64,000 nucleotides of DNA from Bythopirellula sp. (lineage in GTDB: Bacteria; Planctomycetota; Planctomycetia; Pirellulales; Lacipirellulaceae), in the NCBI GenBank assembly GCA_965216565.1, contig OZ244170.1, positions 5,024,001 through 5,088,000 of the forward strand, written 5' to 3'. Both the position numbers and the translations under genes were made by a program. The notes below the pieces were generated by a model. The model searched no databases, was not told the DNA's origin, and saw only the letters and a list, made by a program, of their open reading frames with translations. Shown in pieces: positions 50,013-60,036 of this stretch (positions are counted from its first letter, which is position 1; every line of letters starts with the position of its first letter).

Positions 50013-50320
50013 CCGTTCTTGGTGTCTTGGGTGAGTGTTGTCTCACCGGTGGGGAGATTGTCATCCGGGGTTGGTGGTTCATCGTCGGTATCAGCAGGTT
50101 TAATGACAAAGTCCGGCGGCACGACCGGCCCACGCCTATGCTCGCCAAGTCGGCGTACCCAATGCCCCCCTAGTAAGATGATCACAACAATCAGCATTCC
50201 TAACAGAGCAATACCCAACAGGGCCATCATGGCAGCCGCTTTGGTAGTTTCTGGCATCTGAGGTTTGGCGTCGACTTGCGCCAAGAGTAACGTACATTGG
50301 ATGAACAATCGCTCTACCAT
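50009..50320 (-). CDS. Small hypothetical membrane protein
   Basis: One TM helix; overlaps both neighbours in an operon-like manner. Confidence 0.6.
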   Translation of the reverse strand: MVERLFIQCTLLLAQVDAKPQMPETTKAAAMMALLGIALLGMLIVVIILLGGHWVRRLGEHRRGPVVPPDFVIKPADTDDEPPTPDDNLPTGETTLTQDTKNG

Positions 50321-51261
50321 CGCAATTCTGCGCGGGGATTATTTGAGTATTTGCCTAGGACCTCTTCGAGAGATTTGCGGTCCTCCTCGTCGATTGATTC
50401 AGGCAAAATAATCTGCAATTCGGCCATCAAATCGCCGGGCGTGCCATTCGCAGGTTTGACGCCCTGCCCTTGGATCCGCAATTTTCTGCCGCTCGATGTA
50501 CCTGGAGGAACCGTCACGGTAACTGTGCCGTGGGGCGTCGGGAGATCGATCTTGGCCCCTGAGATTGCTTCGCTCAAAGTAATTGGCACGCGCACCTCGA
50601 GCTTCTTACCTTGGCGGCGGAAGTTGGGATGCTCCGCTGCATGAACCTTAATCAAGATGTCTCCCGCAGGGCCACCATTGGGGCTCGGCTCGCCTTGGCC
50701 GCGTAGTCGGATTTTCTTTCCATCTTCGATACCGGCAGGAATCTTGATCTGCAGAGTCTCCACTTGTCCATCACCACGACGAATGGCGATCTGTGCTTCA
50801 CCACCAAGTACAGCCGTCGTAAATGGTACAGTGAGCTGGTGTTCGATGTTGGATCCTCGTTGCGGCGCGCTGCGTCGAGCCTGCCCTGGTTTGCCACGAC
50901 CTCCGAACTGTTTAAACAGGTCGGCAAAGCCACCACCACCCGCTCCACCGAATAAGTCTTCTAGATCGATGTTGACGTCGGCTCCCCCGGCCGGCCCCCC
51001 GCGCGGCCAACCTTGGGGCCCTGCTGCCCCCGAGCCGACAGATTCGTAGGCGCTGCCATAGCGATCGTACATCTCACGCTTTTGTTTGTCGCTGAGAACG
51101 TCGAATGCGTTCTGAACTTCCTGGAATTTCTTCTTGGCCGATTCGTCGTCCGGATTGAGATCGGGATGAAACTTCCGCGCAAGATCACGGTACGCTTTGA
51201 CAATTTCATCGTCAGAGGCTGTTCTTCCAACGCCCAACGTCTTGTAATAGTCTTCTGACAT
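50314..51261 (-). CDS. DnaJ-class B / CbpA-like co-chaperone
   Basis: J domain with HPD, G/F region, DnaJ C-terminal domain, no zinc finger. Confidence 0.93.
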   Translation of the reverse strand: MSEDYYKTLGVGRTASDDEIVKAYRDLARKFHPDLNPDDESAKKKFQEVQNAFDVLSDKQKREMYDRYGSAYESVGSGAAGPQGWPRGGPAGGADVNIDLEDLFGGAGGGGFADLFKQFGGRGKPGQARRSAPQRGSNIEHQLTVPFTTAVLGGEAQIAIRRGDGQVETLQIKIPAGIEDGKKIRLRGQGEPSPNGGPAGDILIKVHAAEHPNFRRQGKKLEVRVPITLSEAISGAKIDLPTPHGTVTVTVPPGTSSGRKLRIQGQGVKPANGTPGDLMAELQIILPESIDEEDRKSLEEVLGKYSNNPRAELRW

Positions 51262-51475
51262 CGTTCCTCAAAGATATATTAAAAATCCAGGTCAAAACGC
51301 TCTGGGAAGGCATCCAGCTACGATGCACTGGAATGGTGGCTTCTTCGCTTCCAAAATGGCTGAAACAGTATTTTACCGCCTCCTCGGCTCAGGGGTAGCG
51401 CCTGCGAGCATGCTAGACTGGTGGATAGAAGCGAAATCTACGAATTGCACAAGAAATGACGGCCAAGAAAACCGG

Positions 51476-52996
51476 ATGCAAACCTCTATTCTGAAACAAT
51501 GCTCCCGGCTAACTGTCTTGATGTGCCTCCACACCGCCTGCCAGGCCACCTTGGTCGCGTACGATGGCCAATTGACCGTGTCTGTCTCCGACGAAGAGTC
51601 GGGCGAGCCTATGCCTGTCCGCATGGAATTGCTCAATAGTCGAGGCCGACCTGTGCGAGTCCGACCGCCTGGAGCCATCCTCAGAGACGGCTACATGGTT
51701 TTCGATAGCGAGGTGGTCCTTGAATTGAAGAAGGGCTCCTATCGATTTCAGCTGGACGCAGGTCCGGAGTTCCAAACTCGACAAGGCCATTTCACCATCG
51801 AGCGCCATGCCGAGGACAATTCGGATGTTTCGCTTCGCCGGCACGTCGACATGGCAGAAGAAGGCTGGTGGGCCGGCGATCTGGATGTACAGCATCGAGC
51901 TGTCGACTTGCCGTTGCTCAAGAGGGCAGCCGGGGTGAGCTTTGTGCCGCCGACGGTGAGCCAGAACATCAGAGGGAAGAGTAAGAAGCTAAGAAAAAGA
52001 AAAGGCGACGGCTCAGGCCCAGTCGCGGCACTCGACTATAGACGTGGCGGCGGTTTGATGGTCCTGGCTGACTCGCCAGAACTGATTGACGCATTGGAAC
52101 TGTCAAACCTCAAAGATGAGGATTCTTCTGGGGCCGTTTTCGATAACGGGCAGGATGGAGATGTGGATCTCGTTGCGTTAACCCCCTATGCCTGGGACCT
52201 ACCGCTTTGGGTAGCGACCGATCGGCTCACGGCTATTCAAACTATGCACCGACAGACGTGGCCTGATGGCAAACATCCGAACGAAGGTTGGGGACGTCCC
52301 CGCGACAAAGATGTTTTCCCTGGCCGACAGGGGAATGGTCAATACAGCGAAGTGATTTACCATCACTTGCTCAACTGCGGCTTAAGAATCCCTCCCGCGG
52401 CCGGCAGCGGATCGGGAGCCAACGGATCACCCCTCGGTTTAAATCGAGTGTATGTAGACTGTGGTGATGAATACTCTGAGCAGCGCTGGTTTGAAGGGCT
52501 GCGCGCTGGCCATGTGTTGGTCACCAATGGTCCGCTGCTCAGGGTTTCCGTGGAGGGAAAGACGCCTGGGCATGTCTTTCACCTCGATCGTGATGATCGA
52601 CGCGAATTCCAAATTGCACTGAGTTTGTCGTTCTATCAGAAAGCTCCGGTCGAGTACCTGGAGATCGTGAAGAATGGCCAGGTAGAATACGAAATTCGGC
52701 TTTCAGATTTGGTCAAGAAAAAGGGCAAGCTGCCACCAGTTGTTTTTGAACAAAGCGGCTGGTTCCTGGTGCGTGCGGTGACCAGCAGCACGGAGACCTA
52801 CCAATACGCATCGACTGGACCCTACTATGTGGAATCGGAATATCGACCCAGGGTGAGTCGAGCGAGCGTTGCCTATTTTCTCGAATGGCTGGACGAGGCT
52901 CAGAAGAAGTTTGCCGGCAACGAACAGGTGGCAAGTGAAATCGAAGCGGCCCGGCCCTTTTGGGAGAATTTGAAAAGCCAAGCGAACGCAGATTGA
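51476..52996 (+). CDS. Exported CehA/McbA-family metallohydrolase-like protein
   Basis: GWWAGDL, YHHLLNCGLRIPPAAGS, GLNRVYV, VTNGPLL, LEIVKNG; signal-peptide-like N-terminus. Confidence 0.65.
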   Translation: MQTSILKQCSRLTVLMCLHTACQATLVAYDGQLTVSVSDEESGEPMPVRMELLNSRGRPVRVRPPGAILRDGYMVFDSEVVLELKKGSYRFQLDAGPEFQTRQGHFTIERHAEDNSDVSLRRHVDMAEEGWWAGDLDVQHRAVDLPLLKRAAGVSFVPPTVSQNIRGKSKKLRKRKGDGSGPVAALDYRRGGGLMVLADSPELIDALELSNLKDEDSSGAVFDNGQDGDVDLVALTPYAWDLPLWVATDRLTAIQTMHRQTWPDGKHPNEGWGRPRDKDVFPGRQGNGQYSEVIYHHLLNCGLRIPPAAGSGSGANGSPLGLNRVYVDCGDEYSEQRWFEGLRAGHVLVTNGPLLRVSVEGKTPGHVFHLDRDDRREFQIALSLSFYQKAPVEYLEIVKNGQVEYEIRLSDLVKKKGKLPPVVFEQSGWFLVRAVTSSTETYQYASTGPYYVESEYRPRVSRASVAYFLEWLDEAQKKFAGNEQVASEIEAARPFWENLKSQANAD

Positions 52997-53002
52997 AATC
53001 GC

Positions 53003-55192
53003 TCAGCCCTTCTTTTGCTTGCGTTGCGATTTCTCTTTCTTGCCTTTCGCTGATTGTCCATTCACACTCGACGCCACCGATGGGAAGCTGGAACGGCCAT
53101 TACCATTCGTGGCCAGAAGCAGTTCTTGCTGAGAGCGGTGTGAGGCCTCACCCTCCACCTGCGCTCTTTCGTAGTGGCCATCGGAATTAAGTTCGCGGGC
53201 ACGGCTGTCGTCTCTCAGATAGATCGGAATGATCTCGTTGCAAATGCGACGCACCAGTTCCGGTGCTTCGATAGGAAACATCACCTCGACTCGACGCTGA
53301 AAGTTTCTGGGCATCCAGTCAGCACTGGAAAGGTAAACCTGCTTCTTACTACCTTCCCCAAAAACCAAGATGCGACTGTGCTCGAGAAAGCGATCAACAA
53401 TACTACGCACGCGGATGTTCTCCGAGATTCCTGGTAGCCCAGGCCTTAAGCAGCAGATGCCGCGAATGACCAAATCGACGGGAACGCCGGCCTGACTTGC
53501 TCGGTACAACGCTTCGATGGTCTTGCGGTCGACAAGCGAATTGAGCTTAGCAAAGATTCGAGATTTCTTGCCTGCCTTAGCACGCTCCGTTTGTTCGTCG
53601 ATCTTCTCGATGGTGACTCGCTGTAAATCGTTAGGGGCCACGACTAGTTTTTTCCACTGATGGCCTTGGGAGTATCCGGTCAGGAAATTAAAGAGTGCTG
53701 TGGCGTCGTCGGCAAACTGTTTGTTCGCAGTAAACAGGCCCAGGTCCGTGTACAACCGGGCCGTGCTCGGATTGTAGTTACCTGTGCCCAGGTGGACATA
53801 GCGGCGAACTTTCTTGCCTTCTTGTCGGACGACCAGCGCTACTTTGCAATGAGTTTTCATGTCCATAAACCCATAAACAACATGCACACCGGCGCGTTCC
53901 ATTTGTCGAGCCCAGATGATATTGTTGGCTTCATCGAAACGGGCCTTAAGCTCCACTAAAGCGGTGACGTGCTTGCCGTTTTCGGCTGCCTGGATGAGCG
54001 CCTGCACGATCGGGCTATCGCCACTCGTACGGTAAAGCGTTTGTTTGATCGCTAGAACCTTAGGGTCTTCAGCAGCTTTCTGGATGAAATGCACCACTGG
54101 GTCGAATGAGTCGTAGGGATGGTGCAAGATCGCGTCACGCTCACGGATTTCGGCGAATAAGTCGTCGTTGTGCCGCAAGCCTAAAGGTTTACGGGAAGCA
54201 AACGAAGGGTCGCGCAGATCTTCTTTCCCGGGGAAATTGATAAGTTCCCACAGCGATGTCATATCGAGGATGCTATCGATATGGTAGACCTCGCTGTAAG
54301 CTTGGTCTTCGACTTCCAACTTCTTGTGCAGACTTTCTTCGCTCAAGAGCATCGTCAGCAAGTCTTGATCCATTCCCGCCTGAACCTCAAGCCTGACAGC
54401 CTCTGAGCGTTGACGGTCTCGGAGCCTCGCCTCCAACGCCTGGAGCATGTCATCTGATTCTTGCTCGAGTTGGTCGAGGTCCATGTCTCGCGTTACCCGG
54501 AATAGAGCGTGGTGGTCGATGGTGTAGCCACCGAATAGCTCGGGCAGTTTGGTGGCTAGAATGTCTTCTAACATGACAAACTTGTGCTCGCCTTGATTGC
54601 CAACATGCACAAAACGAGGCAAAACCTGAGGGAGTTGCACAACAGCAAAAAGATCGGTGGGACCAAATCCGCTGGATCGGTAGAGCATAGCGACCAAGTA
54701 TATTCCGCGATTATGAAATCGGGGGCTAGGGTGGCTGGGGTCGATCGCCATGGGCGTAAGAATGGGAAAGGCCCGTTGCTCGAAAAACGCGTCGACGATA
54801 CTCCGCTGAGTTTTGTCTAAATCTCGTACTGAAAGTATGTGTATTCCGTTCTCTCCTAGCGCCGGGACAATCTCGTCATTAAAGCACTGCGATTGCTCTT
54901 CCACGAGCTGACGTGTCCGCTGAGAAATCTTCAATAGTTGCTGCATGGGCCGAAGGCCGTCGGCCGAAACATCTTGAGCTGCCACGCCACCGAATGTTTG
55001 TTCGCGAATCCCCGCGACACGTACCATGAAAAACTCATCGAGATTTGAGCTAAAGATGGCCAAGAATTTAGCGCGTTCCAACAGCGGATTCGATGAATCT
55101 TGTGCTTCTTCGAGTACTCGCGCATTGAATTCTAGCCAACTCAACTCGCGGTTGATGAAGTGCTCGGGCAAGAATTGTTGAATTTCGGACAT
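53003..55192 (-). CDS. ppk1: Polyphosphate kinase 1
   Basis: NRELSWLEFNARVL, HHPYDSF, ELKARFDE, KTHCK, HLGTGNYN, SADWMPRN. Confidence 0.97.
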   Translation of the reverse strand: MSEIQQFLPEHFINRELSWLEFNARVLEEAQDSSNPLLERAKFLAIFSSNLDEFFMVRVAGIREQTFGGVAAQDVSADGLRPMQQLLKISQRTRQLVEEQSQCFNDEIVPALGENGIHILSVRDLDKTQRSIVDAFFEQRAFPILTPMAIDPSHPSPRFHNRGIYLVAMLYRSSGFGPTDLFAVVQLPQVLPRFVHVGNQGEHKFVMLEDILATKLPELFGGYTIDHHALFRVTRDMDLDQLEQESDDMLQALEARLRDRQRSEAVRLEVQAGMDQDLLTMLLSEESLHKKLEVEDQAYSEVYHIDSILDMTSLWELINFPGKEDLRDPSFASRKPLGLRHNDDLFAEIRERDAILHHPYDSFDPVVHFIQKAAEDPKVLAIKQTLYRTSGDSPIVQALIQAAENGKHVTALVELKARFDEANNIIWARQMERAGVHVVYGFMDMKTHCKVALVVRQEGKKVRRYVHLGTGNYNPSTARLYTDLGLFTANKQFADDATALFNFLTGYSQGHQWKKLVVAPNDLQRVTIEKIDEQTERAKAGKKSRIFAKLNSLVDRKTIEALYRASQAGVPVDLVIRGICCLRPGLPGISENIRVRSIVDRFLEHSRILVFGEGSKKQVYLSSADWMPRNFQRRVEVMFPIEAPELVRRICNEIIPIYLRDDSRARELNSDGHYERAQVEGEASHRSQQELLLATNGNGRSSFPSVASSVNGQSAKGKKEKSQRKQKKG

Positions 55193-55399
55193 AGTCGATC
55201 GTCGCTACGATTGGAGCGACATGCATCTAGAAGAGAACCTAGGGTGATTCAGAGCTACACAACCCTATTATATACAGTAACCCCGGCCGAGAATCCCCTC
55301 CGCCAGGAATGCCGAAACGTGCTGAAACTTTGTTAGGAACTGGTCCTGCAAATCAGCTCAAATCGATTGTGCGGGCCATTGAGAACCGTTAAGAAACGG

Positions 55400-55723
55400 C
55401 TAACCCCAGGAATCGAATACCCGGACCTTGGAACAGTTGTCTAGCTGCTCCGCCAGAAATTGCTGATGGCGGTCAGAAGTCTGATAGGTTTGATGATCTT
55501 CATCCGTGGCGAATACCAAGACCAAGGCAACGTCGAACTCATGGTCGTTGACTGGTCTTTGATATTTTTCTGCTCTGGGCCCGACACTAAAGTGAATCGT
55601 ACCAGGGTGATCGGTCAGGTACTTCTTGCAGGCTGCGACCAAACTGTCGATTGCAGATTGGGAAGATTCCTTCAACGAAAAAAATACCAGGTGCGAAAGC
55701 GACAGAGACGATTCGGTAGACAT
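55400..55723 (-). CDS. Dabb family (stress-responsive A/B barrel) protein
   Basis: HLVFFSLK...FDVALVLVF...YQTSDRHQQF...VRVFD. Confidence 0.85.
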   Translation of the reverse strand: MSTESSLSLSHLVFFSLKESSQSAIDSLVAACKKYLTDHPGTIHFSVGPRAEKYQRPVNDHEFDVALVLVFATDEDHQTYQTSDRHQQFLAEQLDNCSKVRVFDSWG

Positions 55724-55766
55724 AAGTAAATCCTTACAGGATAGATCGTAGGGGCTCAGAGTCGTT

Positions 55767-57734
55767 TCAATCCGTGGTTGGTTGGTCGCTCTTGGCAGCT
55801 GAGTGAGCCGACCCGGAGGAGCGTTCCGGATAGCGGTTTACCGAGCGGCCAATGAGAGACTCGATTTCTCCCATGTCAAGTTCTTCACGTTCCAGGAGGG
55901 CCTTGGTGAGAATTTCTAGTTTGTCGCGATTCTCGTTCAGAATGCTCTCGGCTTGCTCGGCTGCGGTGTGCAGGATGTTAGTCACTTCTTCATCGATGAT
56001 TTGGGCTGTATGCTCGCTGAAGTTGCGATGCTCGTGGGCCAGTTCGCGGCCGAGGAAAGGTTGTTCCTCGGTGTCGTTGAAAGCTACAGGGCCCAGTCGG
56101 TCGCTCATTCCCCAGCGGGTAACCATGCGTCGCGCCATAGCAGTGGCTTGTTTAAGATCGTTTTCTGCTCCCGCGCTATACTGGTTGGACTTCATCTTCT
56201 CAGCGGTACGCCCACCAAGCAACATGGCTAACCGTGCGGTTAGCTCGCGCTGCGAAATGTTGTGACGATCTTCCTCGGGTACCAACTGGGTGACCCCCAA
56301 GGCTCGGCCTCGCGGAACGATTGTCACCTTGTGAACTAAATCGCTATCCGGGAGCAACCATGCCAAAATCGCATGGCCCGCTTCGTGGTAGGCCGTGAGT
56401 TCCTTGTCTTCTTCAGAGAGAATATCTTCTCGTCTAGCGCCCATGAGAACCTTATCGCGGGCATGTTCGAAATCGGCCATATTCACCACCTGCTTGTCGT
56501 GGCGAGTTGCCCAGAGGGCGGCCTCATTCACCAAGTTCCGAATGTCTGCCCCGGTCAGACCAACGCTGGCGCGAGCGAGGGCTTTGAAATCTACGTCCTC
56601 CGAAATCGGAACTTTATTGCTGTGCAATTCGAATAGTTCTTCACGTGCTTCCACGGAAGGCCGGTCCACGGTCACATGGCGGTCGAATCGACCGGGCCGA
56701 AGTAAGGCTGGGTCCAACACATCGGGGCGATTGGTCGCCGCAAGAACGATGACCGTACTGGTAGCGCTAAATCCATCCATTTCACTGAGGATTTGATTGA
56801 GGGTCTGTTCCCGTTCGTCGTGGCCACCCCCCAGTCCGGCACCACGTTGCCGCCCAACCGCATCGATTTCGTCAATGAACAGGATCGCAGGAGCGCTTTC
56901 CTGAGCCGTCTTAAACATATCGCGAACGCGACCAGCTCCAACCCCAACGAACAGCTGGATGAATTCCGAGCCGTTGATCGAGAAGAACGGTACTTCCGCT
57001 TCACCTGCCACGGCGCGGGCCAGAAGAGTTTTTCCCGTTCCGGGAGGCCCCATTAGTAAAACACCTTTAGGAATTCGGGCGCCTAGTCGATGGAACTTTT
57101 CCGGTTCTTTAAGGAATAGGACGATTTCTTCCAAGTCTTGTTTAACGCCTTTCAATCCGGCTACGTCGTCGAAGGTAACACGGGTATCATCGACTTCGTA
57201 GCGTCGGGCGGGGCTCTTTGTCACGCCCCCCAACATTCCTCCCCCCAGCATCTGTTCTCTGGTGCGGCGGATCATTCCCCAGGCGAAGAAAACTAGGAAG
57301 ACTATCGCAATCAACGACAAAAGCATCAGCAGATTGTCGAACTTGGCGACGTCTTCCGACGTTATTTCGACGTTCTTCTCTTCTAGATCCTCCAATAGCT
57401 TCTCGCCGACCTGAGGCGGAAGCGTGCAGCTGAAGCGAAGACTTTCAGTTTTAGGTTTGTCCTTGTTACTTGTGTCTTTCTGTTCCGCAGTTTTCACAGG
57501 TTGTCGAAACTCCCCGACCAATTGCTTGCCGGTGATCGTCACTTTGTGGACATTGTCGGCACGAAGCTGCTCTAGGAACGCACTGTAGGAGATCTCACGA
57601 TGATCAAACCATGCCGAGCTCAGCAGCATGAGCGTCGCGAAGCCGAGTAGTAAGAGCACCAGCCATTGAAGCGGATTCTTACGTCGAGGTGGGGTAGAGA
57701 GTTCTTGGTCGGGTTGCTTGTCGTTGTCGGACAT
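55767..57734 (-). CDS. ftsH: ATP-dependent zinc metalloprotease FtsH
   Basis: Two TMs, [26 protein letters not shown]. Confidence 0.97.
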   Translation of the reverse strand: MSDNDKQPDQELSTPPRRKNPLQWLVLLLLGFATLMLLSSAWFDHREISYSAFLEQLRADNVHKVTITGKQLVGEFRQPVKTAEQKDTSNKDKPKTESLRFSCTLPPQVGEKLLEDLEEKNVEITSEDVAKFDNLLMLLSLIAIVFLVFFAWGMIRRTREQMLGGGMLGGVTKSPARRYEVDDTRVTFDDVAGLKGVKQDLEEIVLFLKEPEKFHRLGARIPKGVLLMGPPGTGKTLLARAVAGEAEVPFFSINGSEFIQLFVGVGAGRVRDMFKTAQESAPAILFIDEIDAVGRQRGAGLGGGHDEREQTLNQILSEMDGFSATSTVIVLAATNRPDVLDPALLRPGRFDRHVTVDRPSVEAREELFELHSNKVPISEDVDFKALARASVGLTGADIRNLVNEAALWATRHDKQVVNMADFEHARDKVLMGARREDILSEEDKELTAYHEAGHAILAWLLPDSDLVHKVTIVPRGRALGVTQLVPEEDRHNISQRELTARLAMLLGGRTAEKMKSNQYSAGAENDLKQATAMARRMVTRWGMSDRLGPVAFNDTEEQPFLGRELAHEHRNFSEHTAQIIDEEVTNILHTAAEQAESILNENRDKLEILTKALLEREELDMGEIESLIGRSVNRYPERSSGSAHSAAKSDQPTTD

Positions 57735-57846
57735 AAAGCAGCGATAAACTTCAATCGATCAGAGCGAACGGAACGGGCCCTGTTTATGGGCATCGTTCCA
57801 GATGGTAAGCAGAAGATGCGGTAACGCGGAATTTGGGCGGAAGAGC

Positions 57847-58548
57847 TTAGTAATAGATCGGATCCCCATCAGGCCTGCCTTCCTTGAACTTTCGTTCGAG
57901 TCTTTTCTTGCCAGCTTCATCCCATTCTGTGAATGTGCCATCCATTTTGCCGGCTTTAAGATCGATTTCTTGTTTCTTCTGTCCGTTCTTGTAGTAGCTA
58001 ATTCGCTTGCCTTCAAGTCTTCCTGCATCGTAGTTCAGCTCGAGCATTACGTCTTCGCCGTTGGGATAGAAAAAAATCCACTGACCATCCCGCTTTCCTT
58101 CGTCGTAAGCTTGGATTTCGGATTTTGTTCCGTCTTTGCGGAAGACTTCCCAGGAGCCTTGGGGGAGGCTGGACTTGTAAGTGATCTTTTTGCAGACTTG
58201 GCCGTTGGGATGCCAGTAAGTCCATTCTCCTTCGTAACCACCGTCCTTGAACGTGCCCTGTTGAAAAATCTGGCCATCGCGGTAGTATTCGATATACCGA
58301 CCATCGTTCACAAAAGTGTCGTCAGAGAGTTGCACCACCTCGTATCGCAAGCGAGGGGTTTCATCCGAATACTTTTGTTCGACTTTGCGTCGGCGCACCT
58401 CCTTGGCGGGTGGTGGCTCTCGCTGTTCGACCAAGTATGTACCGGAGGAGTCCGCATTGTCCTGAGCTTGCAGTTCGACGTTACTCACCACTTGCATGAC
58501 GATACAAGCGGCGGCCACTACTAGCGTTGATAAAGCTGATTGTTTCAT
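57847..58548 (-). CDS. Exported MORN-variant repeat protein (YwqK-like)
   Basis: Repeated G.W..(W/Y).PNG units; signal peptide. Confidence 0.82.
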   Translation of the reverse strand: MKQSALSTLVVAAACIVMQVVSNVELQAQDNADSSGTYLVEQREPPPAKEVRRRKVEQKYSDETPRLRYEVVQLSDDTFVNDGRYIEYYRDGQIFQQGTFKDGGYEGEWTYWHPNGQVCKKITYKSSLPQGSWEVFRKDGTKSEIQAYDEGKRDGQWIFFYPNGEDVMLELNYDAGRLEGKRISYYKNGQKKQEIDLKAGKMDGTFTEWDEAGKKRLERKFKEGRPDGDPIYY

Positions 58549-58711
58549 TCTCGATTTTGAACCTATCCGGACATTGAGGAACTGCGGGCCTGAACATGCA
58601 TGGCAAGGATTGCTTGCCACCTAAAGTATTGCACACCCGTCGGTTGAGACCAACCTCCGGAAGAGGAGGAAATACGACATCTAGCTGCCCAAAAGGCAGT
58701 CCCCAGCTGAT

Positions 58712-59998
58712 CTAGGAATTCCAACCGACTGGAAGTGTGGAGTTTTTCTCCACCACTAAGATGCCATCTTTGGCTGTGCAGCAAGTATCCAAATTTCCAG
58801 GATCAATTTGGTCGTGATTGACAATCTGCGACCCAGCCCCAATCCGGCAATTCTTGTCCACGATTGCTCGCTCCACCGTGGAGCCCGCGCCGATGCCCAT
58901 GGGAAGCATGTTCTTGCCAGAAATTTCCACTTCGCCAGGCGGTTCGTAGAAGTCGGAGCCCATTATGATCGAATCGCGTACCGTGACATTCCGTTCAATT
59001 CGACATCGCAGGCCGATGACGCTGTTCTCGATTTTGGCTCCCGGCTCAATAACACAACCATCGGCAATCAGGCTGTTAGAGATGGAAGCTCCATCGATGC
59101 GAGTGGGAGGCAAGTATCGTGGGCGTGAATAAAAGGGCGATTCTTCCGTTGCCAAACGGAAAGGCGCATCTGGCCGAGCAAGTTGCAGGTTGGCTTCAAA
59201 GTAGGAGCCAATCGTACCGATATCTTCCCAGTAACCATCGAAAAGATGGACCTGCACCCTGCGGCGATCAATCGAGGTCGGAAAGACTTCCTTGCCGAAA
59301 TCTTGGTGGTCGGTTTCAGAAAGCGCTTGTTTGAGAACACTCTTGTTGAAAATGTAAATTCCCATGCTAGCCAGATGATTACGGCCTTCGCTCTTCACAC
59401 CTCGTTTATCGATCCAGGAAGGATCCATTCTCACGCTAGCTAGTTGCTCTTCGCTTGTTGGTTTTTCAACAAAACCATCAACGCGCCCTGTTTCGTCCGC
59501 GTGCATTACACCCAGTCCGGTTGCTTCGTTGCCATGCACAGGTTTAGCAGCGATAGTGATTTCGGCTTTGTTCTCGCGGTGGGTTCTCAGCATCTCAGCA
59601 AAGTCCATGCGGTAGAGCTGATCGCCGGAAAGAATAACGACATAGTCGATGCCGGGTTGAGTGAGGTAGCGGAGATTCTTTCGTACCGCGTCGGCCGTGC
59701 CTTGATACCAGTCGGTCCCCTCGGCCATCGTTTGCTGTGCTGCCAGAAGTTCCACGTAACCATTGCTGAAGTTGTCGAAGCGATAGGTGCGACGAATGTG
59801 ACGATGCAAGCTCACGGAAAGAAACTGCGTAAGCACGAACACCTGGTTTAGGCCGCTGTTAATGCAATTGGACAGCGGGATATCGATGAGCCGATATTTT
59901 CCTGCCAAAGGAACGGCTGGTTTCGAACGGTACTTTGTCAGCGGCATCAGCCGCGAACCTTGTCCCCCACCCAACACCACAGACACCACATTGCGCAT
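58712..59998 (-). CDS. glgC: Glucose-1-phosphate adenylyltransferase
   Basis: GGGQGSRL, RSKPAVP, WYQGTADAV, FVEKP, DFGKE, YWEDIGT. Confidence 0.97.
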   Translation of the reverse strand: MRNVVSVVLGGGQGSRLMPLTKYRSKPAVPLAGKYRLIDIPLSNCINSGLNQVFVLTQFLSVSLHRHIRRTYRFDNFSNGYVELLAAQQTMAEGTDWYQGTADAVRKNLRYLTQPGIDYVVILSGDQLYRMDFAEMLRTHRENKAEITIAAKPVHGNEATGLGVMHADETGRVDGFVEKPTSEEQLASVRMDPSWIDKRGVKSEGRNHLASMGIYIFNKSVLKQALSETDHQDFGKEVFPTSIDRRRVQVHLFDGYWEDIGTIGSYFEANLQLARPDAPFRLATEESPFYSRPRYLPPTRIDGASISNSLIADGCVIEPGAKIENSVIGLRCRIERNVTVRDSIIMGSDFYEPPGEVEISGKNMLPMGIGAGSTVERAIVDKNCRIGAGSQIVNHDQIDPGNLDTCCTAKDGILVVEKNSTLPVGWNS

Positions 59999-60036
59999 TT
60001 CAAAATCCTCAAGAAGAGTTGATAAGCCTGGATCGG

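Noticed and set aside
57802..58524. Long antisense or alternate-frame ORFs (also 35495-36124, 36236-36910, 62023-62706, 63083-63754)
   Set aside because: Shadows of well-supported genes on the other strand or frame, with no recognisable motifs
57847..58548. Toxin-antitoxin module (YwqK antitoxin)
   Set aside because: No adjacent toxin; the signal peptide and MORN-variant repeats explain the similarity
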